Under the pieces are notes generated by a model. The model was not told the DNA's origin. It searched no databases and saw nothing but the letters and a program-made list of their open reading frames with translations. A stretch of 64,000 nucleotides of DNA. Source: a virus. The position numbers and the translations under genes are program-made. Numbering within the stretch: the first letter of the stretch is position 1; each line of letters opens with the position of its first letter. This document shows, one piece after another, positions 27,892 to 37,976 of the stretch. The DNA is taken from the IMG/VR virus record IMGVR_UViG_3300036828_000198, positions 3,409 to 67,408 of that record. One strand, written 5' to 3'.

Positions 27892-28405
27892 GAAGCATCC
27901 GCCACGAAGAGGTCTTCTACCTAAGACTCAAGTGGGACCAACGACGATATCTCATATCAGGCCTGAAACGGGACCCCTACAACGACAAGATTCCACAGGC
28001 CCTTTCGATGGCCGATCCTATGAAGACTACCTGAAGCTTCGAGATGAACTCCAAGGTCTGATAACCGAAGCTCATGGTCTACTTAAGGACCTTCGGGTAG
28101 AAACCCGACAAGCCAGACGAGTCCTTCCTATGATCGTCTCCAAGCGTATCTCTGCAGAACTCGAAAAGCAGCTCGGCGAGATGGGAGAACGCATCTCGGA
28201 GGCTATGGATGCATCTGTAGCTAAGGTCGGAAGAGAATTCGACAAACTGTCGGATACCTTCTTGGGTAAGGATCACACAGCTCGGAAAGCTGGTCTCAGG
28301 CCACTACCTGAAATAGTAGATGCTTTTTCACATATCAGGGATCCCGAACTAGAAGACCGAATACTCAGACCACTACCAACGGATGCGGACAAATCAGATG
28401 CCTGA
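27884..28405 (+). CDS. coiled-coil hypothetical protein
   Basis: GGAGG RBS. Confidence 0.65.
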   Translation: MGRKHPPRRGLLPKTQVGPTTISHIRPETGPLQRQDSTGPFDGRSYEDYLKLRDELQGLITEAHGLLKDLRVETRQARRVLPMIVSKRISAELEKQLGEMGERISEAMDASVAKVGREFDKLSDTFLGKDHTARKAGLRPLPEIVDAFSHIRDPELEDRILRPLPTDADKSDA

Positions 28406-28784
28406 ACAGACACTAGACTGTCGGATGTGCAAACAGGAAAAGACAACCGACAACCATCTCATACATGTTCGTATCCATATGGTGAAGTCCTACCATAGTG
28501 ATTCATGTATTCGTTCAGGGTGCGACAACGATATAGCACACCCGGACGGATACTGTGAGGAACACCACTTCATATGGGTACATGAAGAGAACGCTCGTCA
28601 CTGGGCTCTCTTGACTCGTCAGGAAGTAGTAACAGGAAAGATACCTAAGGGCATCTGTTCCTGGAACAGAGACGGAGAAGACTGTCTAGAACCCAGAGAT
28701 AGAGCAGACTCCGGTTACTGTAAAGAACATCGCAGACAGTACGCCCGAGAGTACCATGAACACAAGGTCCATTCTAAGCTTTAG
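28398..28784 (+). CDS. Cys/His-rich Zn-finger protein
   Basis: two C...C...GYC.EH units. Confidence 0.6.
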   Translation: MPEQTLDCRMCKQEKTTDNHLIHVRIHMVKSYHSDSCIRSGCDNDIAHPDGYCEEHHFIWVHEENARHWALLTRQEVVTGKIPKGICSWNRDGEDCLEPRDRADSGYCKEHRRQYAREYHEHKVHSKL

Positions 28785-28929
28785 CGCTGAGCTAAGCAGC
28801 GCTTAAATTCCATAGATAGACGCGCTAGAGATAAGTCTAACTGTCAACACAACGCACCAACGTAGAAACTCATAGCTGTGTAACACAGCATCGTCTAACT
28901 CTCAGTCTAAATGATTAGAGGTAATCAGA

Positions 28930-29442
28930 ATGAAGGCAATCGCTCTCGATCCTGGAGGTCATACTGGATGGGCACTATGGGATAGCGTCTCTGGAAAATT
29001 CATCTACGGACAGCTAGAAGACGATAATCATCATCTGGAACTATGGGACCTTCTAATGGAAGAAGACCAGTATTATAATACTGGCCGAGCCGGCAACATG
29101 CTCATCATATGCGAAAGGTTCGATCACAGGAACAATCAGTTCGCCGAACTAATCAGTAAGGAATACATCGGCGTTGTCCACCTGTTTGAACAGGCTGCAA
29201 ACAAGGTGTCTCTAGGTCACGCCAGATTCCCTAATGTTGTGTGGGTCGGCTCCGACAAGATGAAGTGGGCTACTGACGAGAAGCTAACAAAGCTGAAACT
29301 CATGATCAGGCCTAAGATCAAAAATAAGGATGCCCTAGCGGCTATGAGGCACCTTGTCGGATACATATGTAACTACGGTGGAACAGATACAGACATACTG
29401 AGAGCCCGTAATCAAATGCTCAATACACTGAAGGAGGACTAA
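28930..29442 (+). CDS. RuvC-like Holliday junction resolvase
   Basis: IALDPGGHTGWA, IICERF, DALAAMRH. Confidence 0.75.
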   Translation: MKAIALDPGGHTGWALWDSVSGKFIYGQLEDDNHHLELWDLLMEEDQYYNTGRAGNMLIICERFDHRNNQFAELISKEYIGVVHLFEQAANKVSLGHARFPNVVWVGSDKMKWATDEKLTKLKLMIRPKIKNKDALAAMRHLVGYICNYGGTDTDILRARNQMLNTLKED

Positions 29443-29631
29443 GTGCCTAGGCAGAGCCAGAATAAGAATAATGCCGACAAGTCGGCAGCGAAAGCTAGTA
29501 CCGTAGGCGGTCAGAACCGTAGTGTCCGGACTACCGGCAAGACTGGTCAGGCTGAACGTGATGAGGCTGCGGTACGCGGATCCAATTATCACGACCCGAA
29601 AGAAGCAAACAAGCCCTGGTGGAAATTCTAA
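29443..29631 (+). CDS. small hypothetical protein ending KPWWKF
   Basis: AGGAGG RBS. Confidence 0.55.
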   Translation: MPRQSQNKNNADKSAAKASTVGGQNRSVRTTGKTGQAERDEAAVRGSNYHDPKEANKPWWKF

Positions 29632-29643
29632 GGGCCTGTGGAA

Positions 29644-29718
29644 CATAAAAGAGTCGGGCCCCGGTGTCACCTTTGCGCGGCGGACAAACGCAATCGCCGG
29701 GGCCCGACGTTTTTTATG
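29644..29718. terminator. bidirectional intrinsic terminator at strand convergence
   Basis: ataaaagagtcgggccccggtg...cgccggggcccgacgttttttat. Confidence 0.85.
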
Positions 29719-29720
29719 GG

Positions 29721-30581
29721 TTATGGAGTCTTGGTATAGAACACCATACCTGCTGGCATAATAGGTCGAACGTAACTATTGAACGCTGCAAGGTTTGTCG
29801 GATTGATACTAGTGGAGTTCATCGTGGTAGCAATGACCTCATCCATACTCTCGTTACGGTCTCTACAGAAACCGTATAGCGATCGAGTTCCGTCAGCTAC
29901 CTGACGATAGGGCCCTTGAGGTACATGACTCATGATCCACGCATCCAGGTCGCTAGGCGTTCCGTTGAAGGCATCTGCGTCAACTGCTGGATTCCCTACT
30001 GTACCCCACTGCCAGAAGTGTGCCTTCTTCCAAGGCGTAGTGATACTCTCTGGCGGCCAGACAGTGTTAGGCCACGCTACCCAATAGGGCCACGTGGTAC
30101 ACGACTTCAGATGCTGACCTACATTGTTGTTCGAATAGATCATCGGGATGGCGTGTACACCGTTAAGGGCACATAGGTCATCCAGCTTCTCATTGAACGC
30201 AAATGACTGAGAGTCTACGTTCGCTGCAAGCAGCTCTGTGTCATTGACAAGCATGTCTCCATCTTCAAGTCCAGCTGCATGAACAGCTGCGAAGAAGAAG
30301 TTAGCCTGTTCAACAGGTGTCGGACCACCATCAGCGTAGAAGTACCAGTACGCACCTCTGTGAACCCCGACGGCCTTCATTTCCTTCCAGTTGCGAACAG
30401 CATTGACATCGATGTTCATATTCGGGAAGTGCGACCAGTCACTGAACCTGGTATACCCGAACGAAAGTCCTTTGAGGTCTCCAGAACCAATAGGCCTCTG
30501 GAAGCTAGACCAGTCTCTTCCTTGTGCCGAGGTAACAGTCGCAGCATTTGTTGCTGTAACTACTTCTGCGTTGTAAGTCAT
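29721..30581 (-). CDS. endolysin, GH25 muramidase
   Basis: GRDWSSFQ, GAYWYF, EQANFF, NDTE, PMIYS, WQW, DADAFNG. Confidence 0.85.
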   Translation of the reverse strand: MTYNAEVVTATNAATVTSAQGRDWSSFQRPIGSGDLKGLSFGYTRFSDWSHFPNMNIDVNAVRNWKEMKAVGVHRGAYWYFYADGGPTPVEQANFFFAAVHAAGLEDGDMLVNDTELLAANVDSQSFAFNEKLDDLCALNGVHAIPMIYSNNNVGQHLKSCTTWPYWVAWPNTVWPPESITTPWKKAHFWQWGTVGNPAVDADAFNGTPSDLDAWIMSHVPQGPYRQVADGTRSLYGFCRDRNESMDEVIATTMNSTSINPTNLAAFNSYVRPIMPAGMVFYTKTP

Positions 30582-30602
30582 CTTGTCCGCCTTTCTTGTT
30601 GT

Positions 30603-30929
30603 TCACTTAGTACAGTTCCGTGGAGCATTTACTTTATCAACATAAGCCAGAAACTGATTGGTCAGATGTACTCTGGCTATCCTCTGAGCCGCAGTCTCGT
30701 TGGGCGGTGGAGGGCTGATATGTATTAGGAACGACCATAGTTGCCTCTGTTGAGCTCTAAATTCATTACCTGACTGACACAACTGTGTGATTGTCACTGA
30801 ATTATTGGTAGCAGTGCTTACGGCATGAGAAGCCAAAGCGTAATTGACAAACCACCCACCTACCAGAAGAGCAACTATTACTAGGCTGGCCAGAACGATT
30901 TGATTTATCGCAATTTTAGGCTTAGTCAA
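30603..30929 (-). CDS. membrane protein (lysis cassette)
   Basis: N-terminal TM. Confidence 0.65.
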   Translation of the reverse strand: MTKPKIAINQIVLASLVIVALLVGGWFVNYALASHAVSTATNNSVTITQLCQSGNEFRAQQRQLWSFLIHISPPPPNETAAQRIARVHLTNQFLAYVDKVNAPRNCTK

Positions 30930-31153
30930 TGTCCTGCTCCTTTACGCCAATCTTCTAGTATAGAAAGTCTAGTATTCTGCCTCTCTACTTTTTCCGTAAG
31001 TTCTATCATCGCCTCAGTCTGCTTGCGAGTCGCTTCAGTATTATCTTTCACTGCATCGCTTTGACGAATCAGACCTCGAACTAGTGCCCACACTGCACCT
31101 ATAAAAATTACTGCTCCGCCAAGAGCAGCCAATATAGACAAGAATATGTTCAA
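30926..31153 (-). CDS. membrane protein, holin-like
   Basis: TM plus coiled coil. Confidence 0.65.
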   Translation of the reverse strand: MNIFLSILAALGGAVIFIGAVWALVRGLIRQSDAVKDNTEATRKQTEAMIELTEKVERQNTRLSILEDWRKGAGH

Positions 31154-31494
31154 CTATTTACTCCGTTAGACCGAAGATATGATTCGTACAAGGCTTGCAA
31201 AGCAGCCTTCTGATTATCCGTTAGATTCAGGTCTGCATCTATAGAATCAGGCACCGACATTGCAACTACCGATTCAGGTGCTATAGGTTCAAACGGCATA
31301 ACGTTACCTCCTATTCCGCCTCCACCGCTACCTGGATTTCCAGAGTCACCTGGTCCAGGAGTGTTTCCTACTATACCAGTTTGCAAAGATATACCATTCT
31401 GCTGCAATTGAATGACCAGATCCTTGAAGCCCTGTTTCAGCTGTTTGATATCTCTGATTATGTCATAGGGTACTGCGTACCGGTACTTCGGCAT
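31150..31494 (-). CDS. hypothetical tail-associated protein
   Basis: coupled to tail protein. Confidence 0.6.
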   Translation of the reverse strand: MPKYRYAVPYDIIRDIKQLKQGFKDLVIQLQQNGISLQTGIVGNTPGPGDSGNPGSGGGGIGGNVMPFEPIAPESVVAMSVPDSIDADLNLTDNQKAALQALYESYLRSNGVNS

Positions 31495-34400
31495 TAGGTA
31501 CCGCTTCCCGTTGGTTCATCGAACACCAATGTAATTGTCTCAACGCCTGAAGCATTATCGGCTGGTACGATATTCCATCCGATGACCCTTACATTGAACG
31601 AGAACCCAGCAGGGAACCTAGGATCGGTAACGTAGGCAATAACATAGTCTCCCAGGCTGTAAGAACCGAACGGAGGAGCCCCTGCTCCAAACAAGTCTGC
31701 AGCATGAGTAACAAGAGGCATAGTAAGAGAGTTAAGGTCCGACTGTGCATGATCTTGGATAGTGGCGGGATCGGTAACACCAGAATAGGTGTTAACACCT
31801 TCTATCAGTGGCCAACCTGCTCCCAATGTATTAGGATCAGTAGCTTCTCCCGTAACAGCAGCTGACCCTGTCCCGTCTCCTACAGCCCACCACTGGTTAG
31901 CACCAGATGATGCATCTTCGTTGTAGGTGTAATCTTCAATGGTCCCAGGGTAGTCTACGACTAGGTTGGTTGTACCAACAGGATTGCCTATGCGAGGCGC
32001 CACAAGTAGCTGCTTAGCCGGAATACCGTTGTTATCCTGATTCCATAGTACGGTATAGTCTGGACCGTTAGAGAACACTATAATCGACTGAATCAAGTCA
32101 TCATACGAAGTTGATAGATCCCACCCGTTAACAGTAAGTTGTCTAATAACATCTTCTGCTGGAAGACTAAGAGTGGATTGTACTCCGATGCTTCCATTAG
32201 CAACGCTTTGCATCTGCTTCCAAAGGTCATCAATGATGAAACACTGACCACTATTGTACACCTGAGTATCCGTTTGAATTACAGACCTAGGGAACCTTCT
32301 TGATGCATACGATTCAAAGGTCTGACCAGTAATAGAGAATGACTTGCCCTTAGACTGCCACTGTCTGGTCCATATGATTCCACCCCAAACTATTTGGTTA
32401 TTCCTATATGCCCAGAAAGCTGTTCTGCCTGGAATAGTTCTCGCTATGAAGTCGGCATTCGAGATACGAGGATCATCTAGGTTGCCGCTAGCAGTCATGT
32501 TACCCGCACTGTTCAGCTGACAGTCTAGAGATACTCCTGATACTGGAATCTCTCCTAGCGTGGCTCCTGTTACTAGATCCGTAGTAAAGTACCCATAAAC
32601 AGGAGTCGGATAAGACGGGAATGAAACAGGACCAATTGGCGGAAGTACAATTGGTTGACTAGTAGTCATAGAGGCCTGACTAACTAGTATCTCAGCGGTG
32701 GTAATACCGGCCATGCCTTGACTAGAGACAAGAGTTCCCGTAACAGTTGCAGTGATATCAAGTTCGCCAGCTAGGGAGAATCCTCCTGTGCCTCCCGAGT
32801 TCAGAGCATCGAAGATGCCATCGTAAAGAGGTATCCTGAAGTCTCCGGTAAATATGGGCGGAGCGTTCAAAGAGTTATTTCCGTTGTCAATCATAATGTC
32901 AGCATTGACAAGACTAGTATTAACTCTGGTGGTGAAGTAGGTCTGAACGTAGCCGAAGAAGGTAGTAATCTGGGCAGTAGTTAGACCACCGCCGCCAGTG
33001 ACAGCGTCAACGAATGCGGGATAAAGAGTGTCACAAACGGTTTGTCTTGAAGGACTTGTTCCAGTAGTAGGAGCTAGAGTGTTCTGGTTAATACCTTCTG
33101 CACCAGCTGCTCCGTTATACCACATGCAGTCTAGGTTTTGCTTACCTGCATTCAGCCTCCCTACCATAATCGTTTGCCAGGCTTGCATAAAAGTCGTGAT
33201 CTGAGTCAGAGTCTGAAATGGCGTCAGAGGAATAGATATACCGAGTTCAAAGAACCCGAATGGCTTTGGAGGAGAAGCATTATCTGCAATGGCAATAATG
33301 TTGTCGTACCTAAGCCCGTTAGTGTACTCATGACCGTAGGTGTCTACAGCTACACCATCACAGAAAGCATCTCCGGGATAGTAAGAGGCCCATTGAGTCT
33401 GAGCGTGACCAGCAGCATCATAGATCAAAGGTAGACCTAGAGCATGTACGGTAGAATAGAAGAACTGGTACATTGCTACGTAACATTGGGCGGAAAGTTG
33501 AGCAGAAGCGTTCTGAGGCTCTTGTGCTAGAACTACACCTCTAATCTTAAGGCCTGCCGCTGCAAGACCATTGAGACTATTAGTAAGTAGAGTTTTTTCG
33601 CTATTTAGGAACCCGAACGGAGGTGCTGTTGCATTGGGAATATACGTAGGCCAGTAGAGCATCCAAGCATACGATCCAGTATTTATCAAGCCCTGCATGT
33701 GAGCAGTAGGACTAGTCGGGAACGGACTAGGATGCCCTGGTGTATTAGTGGTGTTGAATAGCTTTCCGACAGTAACTGGTCTATGAGTCACTGCAGCGAA
33801 CTGCTGTTGTGCTTGAGTAGAAGATGTACCAGTTGGGAAAATGTTTTCATTTACTGTCGAACCCATGAAGCCTGCGCCAGTGCCGCCGCCCCCCGTCGTG
33901 CTACCATTAAATCTCCACAGCCCGAACGGTTTCGGAGGGGTCGCACCATTGGCAATGGCTGCAGCTGAATCTATTCGTATAGCAGATCCGAAGTACCCTG
34001 ATGCGTATATCGTTGTCGAGACCTTATCAACGAACGCATCACCAGGATAGAAACTAGCACCAGCCTGATTCTGTGCACCGGCAGCACTTATGACAAACAC
34101 TAGTGGGTAGTACTGTCTAATGGTAGAAGCGTAGAACTGGAACGCAGCTATACTGAGAGCTGGAGTCATACCAGTAACGTTCGGTGGATCTACGAATATT
34201 GTTACATCGGCTATGAGTCCTGCAGTTTTACAGCTGCCTAGGAAAGTATTCAGAGCAGCCAAGTCGGTTGAAGTAGGTGGATTGAAACTAGGAGAAAACG
34301 ACATACAGACTTTTCGCCCAGCAGATACATCGGATTGCAAGTCAGCAGTTATCGCAGCAGGGATAGATGTAAAGTCTTGTTCCCTAACTGTAAGTGGTCT

Positions 34401-35165
34401 GCCTGAATAAGTAACCCAGTCTGCTATCGCTTGACCCGTTGTGAGTCCAGCAGGATTAAACGAACCGGTCTTGATCCACGAACCTACTAGGCCTTGCTGA
34501 ACAGCAGTTGCAGTTGCAGTGAATGTAAGGACTATACCAGTCCACGCATGTGTGTTAGTAGATGCTACCGAACTTGTGCCGATTACCGATATAGTAGTTC
34601 CTGCAGCGGAAAGCTTGTAGGAACTGTACATGTGCCTACCTGATGATGCCGTGTCAGAAACAAGAGTAGTGTGGCCAGAAGGAATTGTCCAAGTGATAGC
34701 TGCGGCAGGAGTAATAAACTCGTTGTAACAGGTTAGAATAAGATCACCAATAGCAGCAGCAGTACTTGTTATAGGAGTAACAGAAGCAACTGCACCAGCA
34801 ATAGCATTACCTACAGCATTAGGCGCAATAGTAACCCCAGCTCCAGCATCGAACTCCGCAAGTCCAGCTTTGAGGTTACCAGTAGTATTGTTAGTAAATG
34901 TAACAGACGTTACTCCACCAGCAGTATCGATAGCATACAGGATGGTAGCATGAGAAAAGCCACCATTAGCTATATCGGCATTCGGATATAGATTCCATCC
35001 TGAAGGTAGAGGTGTCCAAAGACCTGCGTTTGAATTGATCAATACGGCAACGAGCAAGTGCGGATGACCTACTGCACCAGTAGATGCAGCAGGCAAGGTA
35101 GGAGCCACTGTAAGACCTGAAGCTGTAGCAGCTTCAGTGCCTACTTGGGTTAGAGTCCAAGCCAT
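31494..35165 (-). CDS. tail-tip protein: beta-rich domain, two nested GH26-like barrels, Gp37-like minor tail domain
   Basis: YPGDAFVD / YYPGDAFCD, QEP, KPFGFFELG; TDLVTGATLGEIP...LNSAG...IVWGGIIW. Confidence 0.8.
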   Translation of the reverse strand: MAWTLTQVGTEAATASGLTVAPTLPAASTGAVGHPHLLVAVLINSNAGLWTPLPSGWNLYPNADIANGGFSHATILYAIDTAGGVTSVTFTNNTTGNLKAGLAEFDAGAGVTIAPNAVGNAIAGAVASVTPITSTAAAIGDLILTCYNEFITPAAAITWTIPSGHTTLVSDTASSGRHMYSSYKLSAAGTTISVIGTSSVASTNTHAWTGIVLTFTATATAVQQGLVGSWIKTGSFNPAGLTTGQAIADWVTYSGRPLTVREQDFTSIPAAITADLQSDVSAGRKVCMSFSPSFNPPTSTDLAALNTFLGSCKTAGLIADVTIFVDPPNVTGMTPALSIAAFQFYASTIRQYYPLVFVISAAGAQNQAGASFYPGDAFVDKVSTTIYASGYFGSAIRIDSAAAIANGATPPKPFGLWRFNGSTTGGGGTGAGFMGSTVNENIFPTGTSSTQAQQQFAAVTHRPVTVGKLFNTTNTPGHPSPFPTSPTAHMQGLINTGSYAWMLYWPTYIPNATAPPFGFLNSEKTLLTNSLNGLAAAGLKIRGVVLAQEPQNASAQLSAQCYVAMYQFFYSTVHALGLPLIYDAAGHAQTQWASYYPGDAFCDGVAVDTYGHEYTNGLRYDNIIAIADNASPPKPFGFFELGISIPLTPFQTLTQITTFMQAWQTIMVGRLNAGKQNLDCMWYNGAAGAEGINQNTLAPTTGTSPSRQTVCDTLYPAFVDAVTGGGGLTTAQITTFFGYVQTYFTTRVNTSLVNADIMIDNGNNSLNAPPIFTGDFRIPLYDGIFDALNSGGTGGFSLAGELDITATVTGTLVSSQGMAGITTAEILVSQASMTTSQPIVLPPIGPVSFPSYPTPVYGYFTTDLVTGATLGEIPVSGVSLDCQLNSAGNMTASGNLDDPRISNADFIARTIPGRTAFWAYRNNQIVWGGIIWTRQWQSKGKSFSITGQTFESYASRRFPRSVIQTDTQVYNSGQCFIIDDLWKQMQSVANGSIGVQSTLSLPAEDVIRQLTVNGWDLSTSYDDLIQSIIVFSNGPDYTVLWNQDNNGIPAKQLLVAPRIGNPVGTTNLVVDYPGTIEDYTYNEDASSGANQWWAVGDGTGSAAVTGEATDPNTLGAGWPLIEGVNTYSGVTDPATIQDHAQSDLNSLTMPLVTHAADLFGAGAPPFGSYSLGDYVIAYVTDPRFPAGFSFNVRVIGWNIVPADNASGVETITLVFDEPTGSGT

Positions 35166-35174
35166 AACTGCCTC

Positions 35175-35564
35175 CTAGGAAGCCAACGGTCCTATGGTGA
35201 CTACTTCGGACGAAAGACTGAGAGGGAACCCAGTCTGAACAGTTATGTTAGATGAAAGCTGAAAACTGAATATGAACACTCCAGCTGTCACCAATGTCCA
35301 TACCGATATACCGATGATAGTCTCAGGGCTAGTTCCAGCCCATGAAGGCCAAGTTGGTGTATTAGATATGTTCAACGTGCCAGCAGAAGGTGCACCCCAC
35401 GTTATCTGTTCTCTGGTCGTCGTCGACGATATGTTGGAAGACCCAGTTACTCCAGGGTCACCAATATGAAGCTCTGCCCAAGTAGCAGCAGGAGGAGTGA
35501 ATGTAGTACCGCCTATGGTCCCCAGTAGCTGGTTAGCATAAGTCGGATTCAGTCCGAATGGCAT
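35175..35564 (-). CDS. minor tail protein
   Basis: LHIGDPG.TG...TREQITWGAPSAG. Confidence 0.7.
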   Translation of the reverse strand: MPFGLNPTYANQLLGTIGGTTFTPPAATWAELHIGDPGVTGSSNISSTTTREQITWGAPSAGTLNISNTPTWPSWAGTSPETIIGISVWTLVTAGVFIFSFQLSSNITVQTGFPLSLSSEVVTIGPLAS

Positions 35565-35573
35565 AACTACTCC

Positions 35574-36608
35574 TTACACATCTATAGGAAGACGTGTGTA
35601 TAGATCGAACCTTATTGCTGCAATAGCCATACCGTATACTTGAATGCTACCATCAGGAGCGAAGTCAAACGCTGGAGGCTCCAGGTTACCTCCTACGGTC
35701 TTAATTGCATCACACCAGCCCGTTCTGCGGTGGAACGTAGGAGGCTGGTAGATTCCAGGAATACCTCCTGCATTAAGAACGTTAGTACCATCTGTCACGG
35801 TACCCGGAGTCAAGTTCCTGATTGCTACTACTATTTCGTTTTCTAGGGACCTGCGGTACTTGAAGTATCCGCCGCTACCGAAACCCCATCCGTTCTGAAG
35901 AGTGTTAACACTGTGCCATGAATCTATTTGAGTCAGACTAGACGAAGTCAAGAACAGGTACTTATACGTGCCAGCTACTATGATGCCTAGAGCCCCTGTA
36001 TCGGTCTCAAACCACATTGTTCCCTCGTGGCAAGACAGAGCGGGCTTTGCCGAGCTGGTAGTCCATAGCACTCCAGGCAACGGAGCAAACACTCTAGCAT
36101 CGATTACGGTGCCCCCTCCGTTAGTTACTGTCATGTTTGGAGTAACGTGTATAATAGCTAGTATGACTGAGTTGTTGGGAAGAGATGGCAAAGTACCTGG
36201 AGCGCTTCCTGAGAATGCACCTGCAACATCTACTATGTCCCAGTTGTTGTCTGCGTCTCCTTGAACAGCCGCATCGTGCTGTCTTGCGACTATATAGTCA
36301 GATCTCCACTGAGTTGCATTGGAAGCTGGAACAGCTACGCTGTACAGAGCGGTATTTGGAGCTGTGTACATTCCTTCCCAAGCTGTTGAATTAGGCATGT
36401 TGACTAGTCCAGTGTCAACGTTCACCGTCATACCAGCTGTGCCAGTTACTATGAGCTGATTACCGAATCCAGGAACTACTCCACCGATAGGTGAGGTAGT
36501 ACCTACCGGCATTGGCCCCGCATTAGGAGACATGTTAGACAGCCGAAATGTCTGCGCAGTATGGTCAGTTCTGTTCTGAAGACAGAACGACGGGTTAAGC
36601 GGAGCCAT
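35574..36608 (-). CDS. minor tail protein
   Basis: GMTVNVDTG...RSDYIVAR...PSLPNNSVILA. Confidence 0.75.
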   Translation of the reverse strand: MAPLNPSFCLQNRTDHTAQTFRLSNMSPNAGPMPVGTTSPIGGVVPGFGNQLIVTGTAGMTVNVDTGLVNMPNSTAWEGMYTAPNTALYSVAVPASNATQWRSDYIVARQHDAAVQGDADNNWDIVDVAGAFSGSAPGTLPSLPNNSVILAIIHVTPNMTVTNGGGTVIDARVFAPLPGVLWTTSSAKPALSCHEGTMWFETDTGALGIIVAGTYKYLFLTSSSLTQIDSWHSVNTLQNGWGFGSGGYFKYRRSLENEIVVAIRNLTPGTVTDGTNVLNAGGIPGIYQPPTFHRRTGWCDAIKTVGGNLEPPAFDFAPDGSIQVYGMAIAAIRFDLYTRLPIDV

Positions 36609-36619
36609 ATCCTATCCTT

Positions 36620-37966
36620 CTAATAGTATGTATTGTACACAGTTGCACTGTACGACCCAGACGTAAGAGACGTAAAGAACGTATCAATAGTGCCGGGAGG
36701 TATACTAAAGAAATTGATCCCGTTGTAAACAGACCGTACACTGATACCGTTGACCAATATCGTCTTATTTCTACAGTCAACTGTAAGGATGTCGCTAGCT
36801 GCCAGAGATATATTCAACATCATGTTAATGTTACTAATAGAATCGGTTATAGCTGGAGTTATCGTCGGACCGTTAATAGTAATAATCGGGTACGCAGTGT
36901 GAGAACCGAAGTTTCCTACGCTTACAAGACTAGGAGTAATAGACCCGCCAAATCCAACGTTGAATCCAAGACCGTTAACAGAAAGGAACACATCATCTAC
37001 GTAGTGGACTTCATTAGCCGCACCAGTTGCCTGAACTCCCACTACCAATCTGACCCATACAGCATTAGCTGGTGCGGCCGAACCTGGACCAAAAACTTGA
37101 GTCCAACCTGAAGTGGTATCAGCTACTGCTGTACCGAATACGTTTGATCCGATGACTGTACCAGTTATGTCGTAGTATGCAAGTCCTACTTCACAGCTTC
37201 TGGGACTAACCGCAGATCGAAACCAAGCATTACACGTTACGAAATCACCAGGAGATACGGCTGCGCCTCCAGTAGAGATGTTACCTACTGTAACGTGCGT
37301 AGCTGTCATAAGACCTGCTGCAACAGAGGTCATCTGAAGAGAGTTTACACCGCTATGAGCCTGAACTGCAGTGTCAGCCAATGTAGAGTTACTCAAGTTA
37401 AGCCAAGTACCCGTACCACCTTCAAAGCCTGAATTTACAACTGACAAGAAGTTAACTTGACTATTAAAGCCTAGTCCCATACTAACAGGACCAGTAGGCG
37501 CCGCAGCGGCAAAGTTAGCAGGGTAATCGTATATGTATGGATCGCCTGCTAGCAATGACAGTTGTATAGGAGTTACACCTATACGCCTGTTAGTGTCAAC
37601 AGCATATAGAGCTCCTCCACCTTGTACATTAATGAACCTGATCGGCTTACCAGGATGCTTGAAATAGAAGGGCTGAACTGTAGGGTTAGAAAACTGAGCG
37701 CGCAACAAGTCACAAAGTGTATCAGGGTCGAATGCATTAGTGTACACGTTGGCAGTAATTACTATTGTTCTAATAGACTGAAAAAGATTGTCTACATAGG
37801 TTCCGTCAGACCCTTCACGTTCAGTAGTGTTTATTCTTTGAGGAGCGGAATCCAAACCAGTAATGCTAAGGACGTCAACAAAAGGAATCGTATTGGTAAA
37901 GTCGGTATTGAGAACAAATCCCGTCTCTCCAAGAGCGTACTGGTAGTCAAGCAATGTTGGTGGCAT
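36620..37966 (-). CDS. distal tail protein with inserted carbohydrate-binding module
   Basis: follows tape measure; AGDPYIY; NSGFE...AHSGVNSL...YVDDV insert. Confidence 0.75.
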   Translation of the reverse strand: MPPTLLDYQYALGETGFVLNTDFTNTIPFVDVLSITGLDSAPQRINTTEREGSDGTYVDNLFQSIRTIVITANVYTNAFDPDTLCDLLRAQFSNPTVQPFYFKHPGKPIRFINVQGGGALYAVDTNRRIGVTPIQLSLLAGDPYIYDYPANFAAAAPTGPVSMGLGFNSQVNFLSVVNSGFEGGTGTWLNLSNSTLADTAVQAHSGVNSLQMTSVAAGLMTATHVTVGNISTGGAAVSPGDFVTCNAWFRSAVSPRSCEVGLAYYDITGTVIGSNVFGTAVADTTSGWTQVFGPGSAAPANAVWVRLVVGVQATGAANEVHYVDDVFLSVNGLGFNVGFGGSITPSLVSVGNFGSHTAYPIITINGPTITPAITDSISNINMMLNISLAASDILTVDCRNKTILVNGISVRSVYNGINFFSIPPGTIDTFFTSLTSGSYSATVYNTYY

Positions 37967-37976
37967 GATTCACCTC

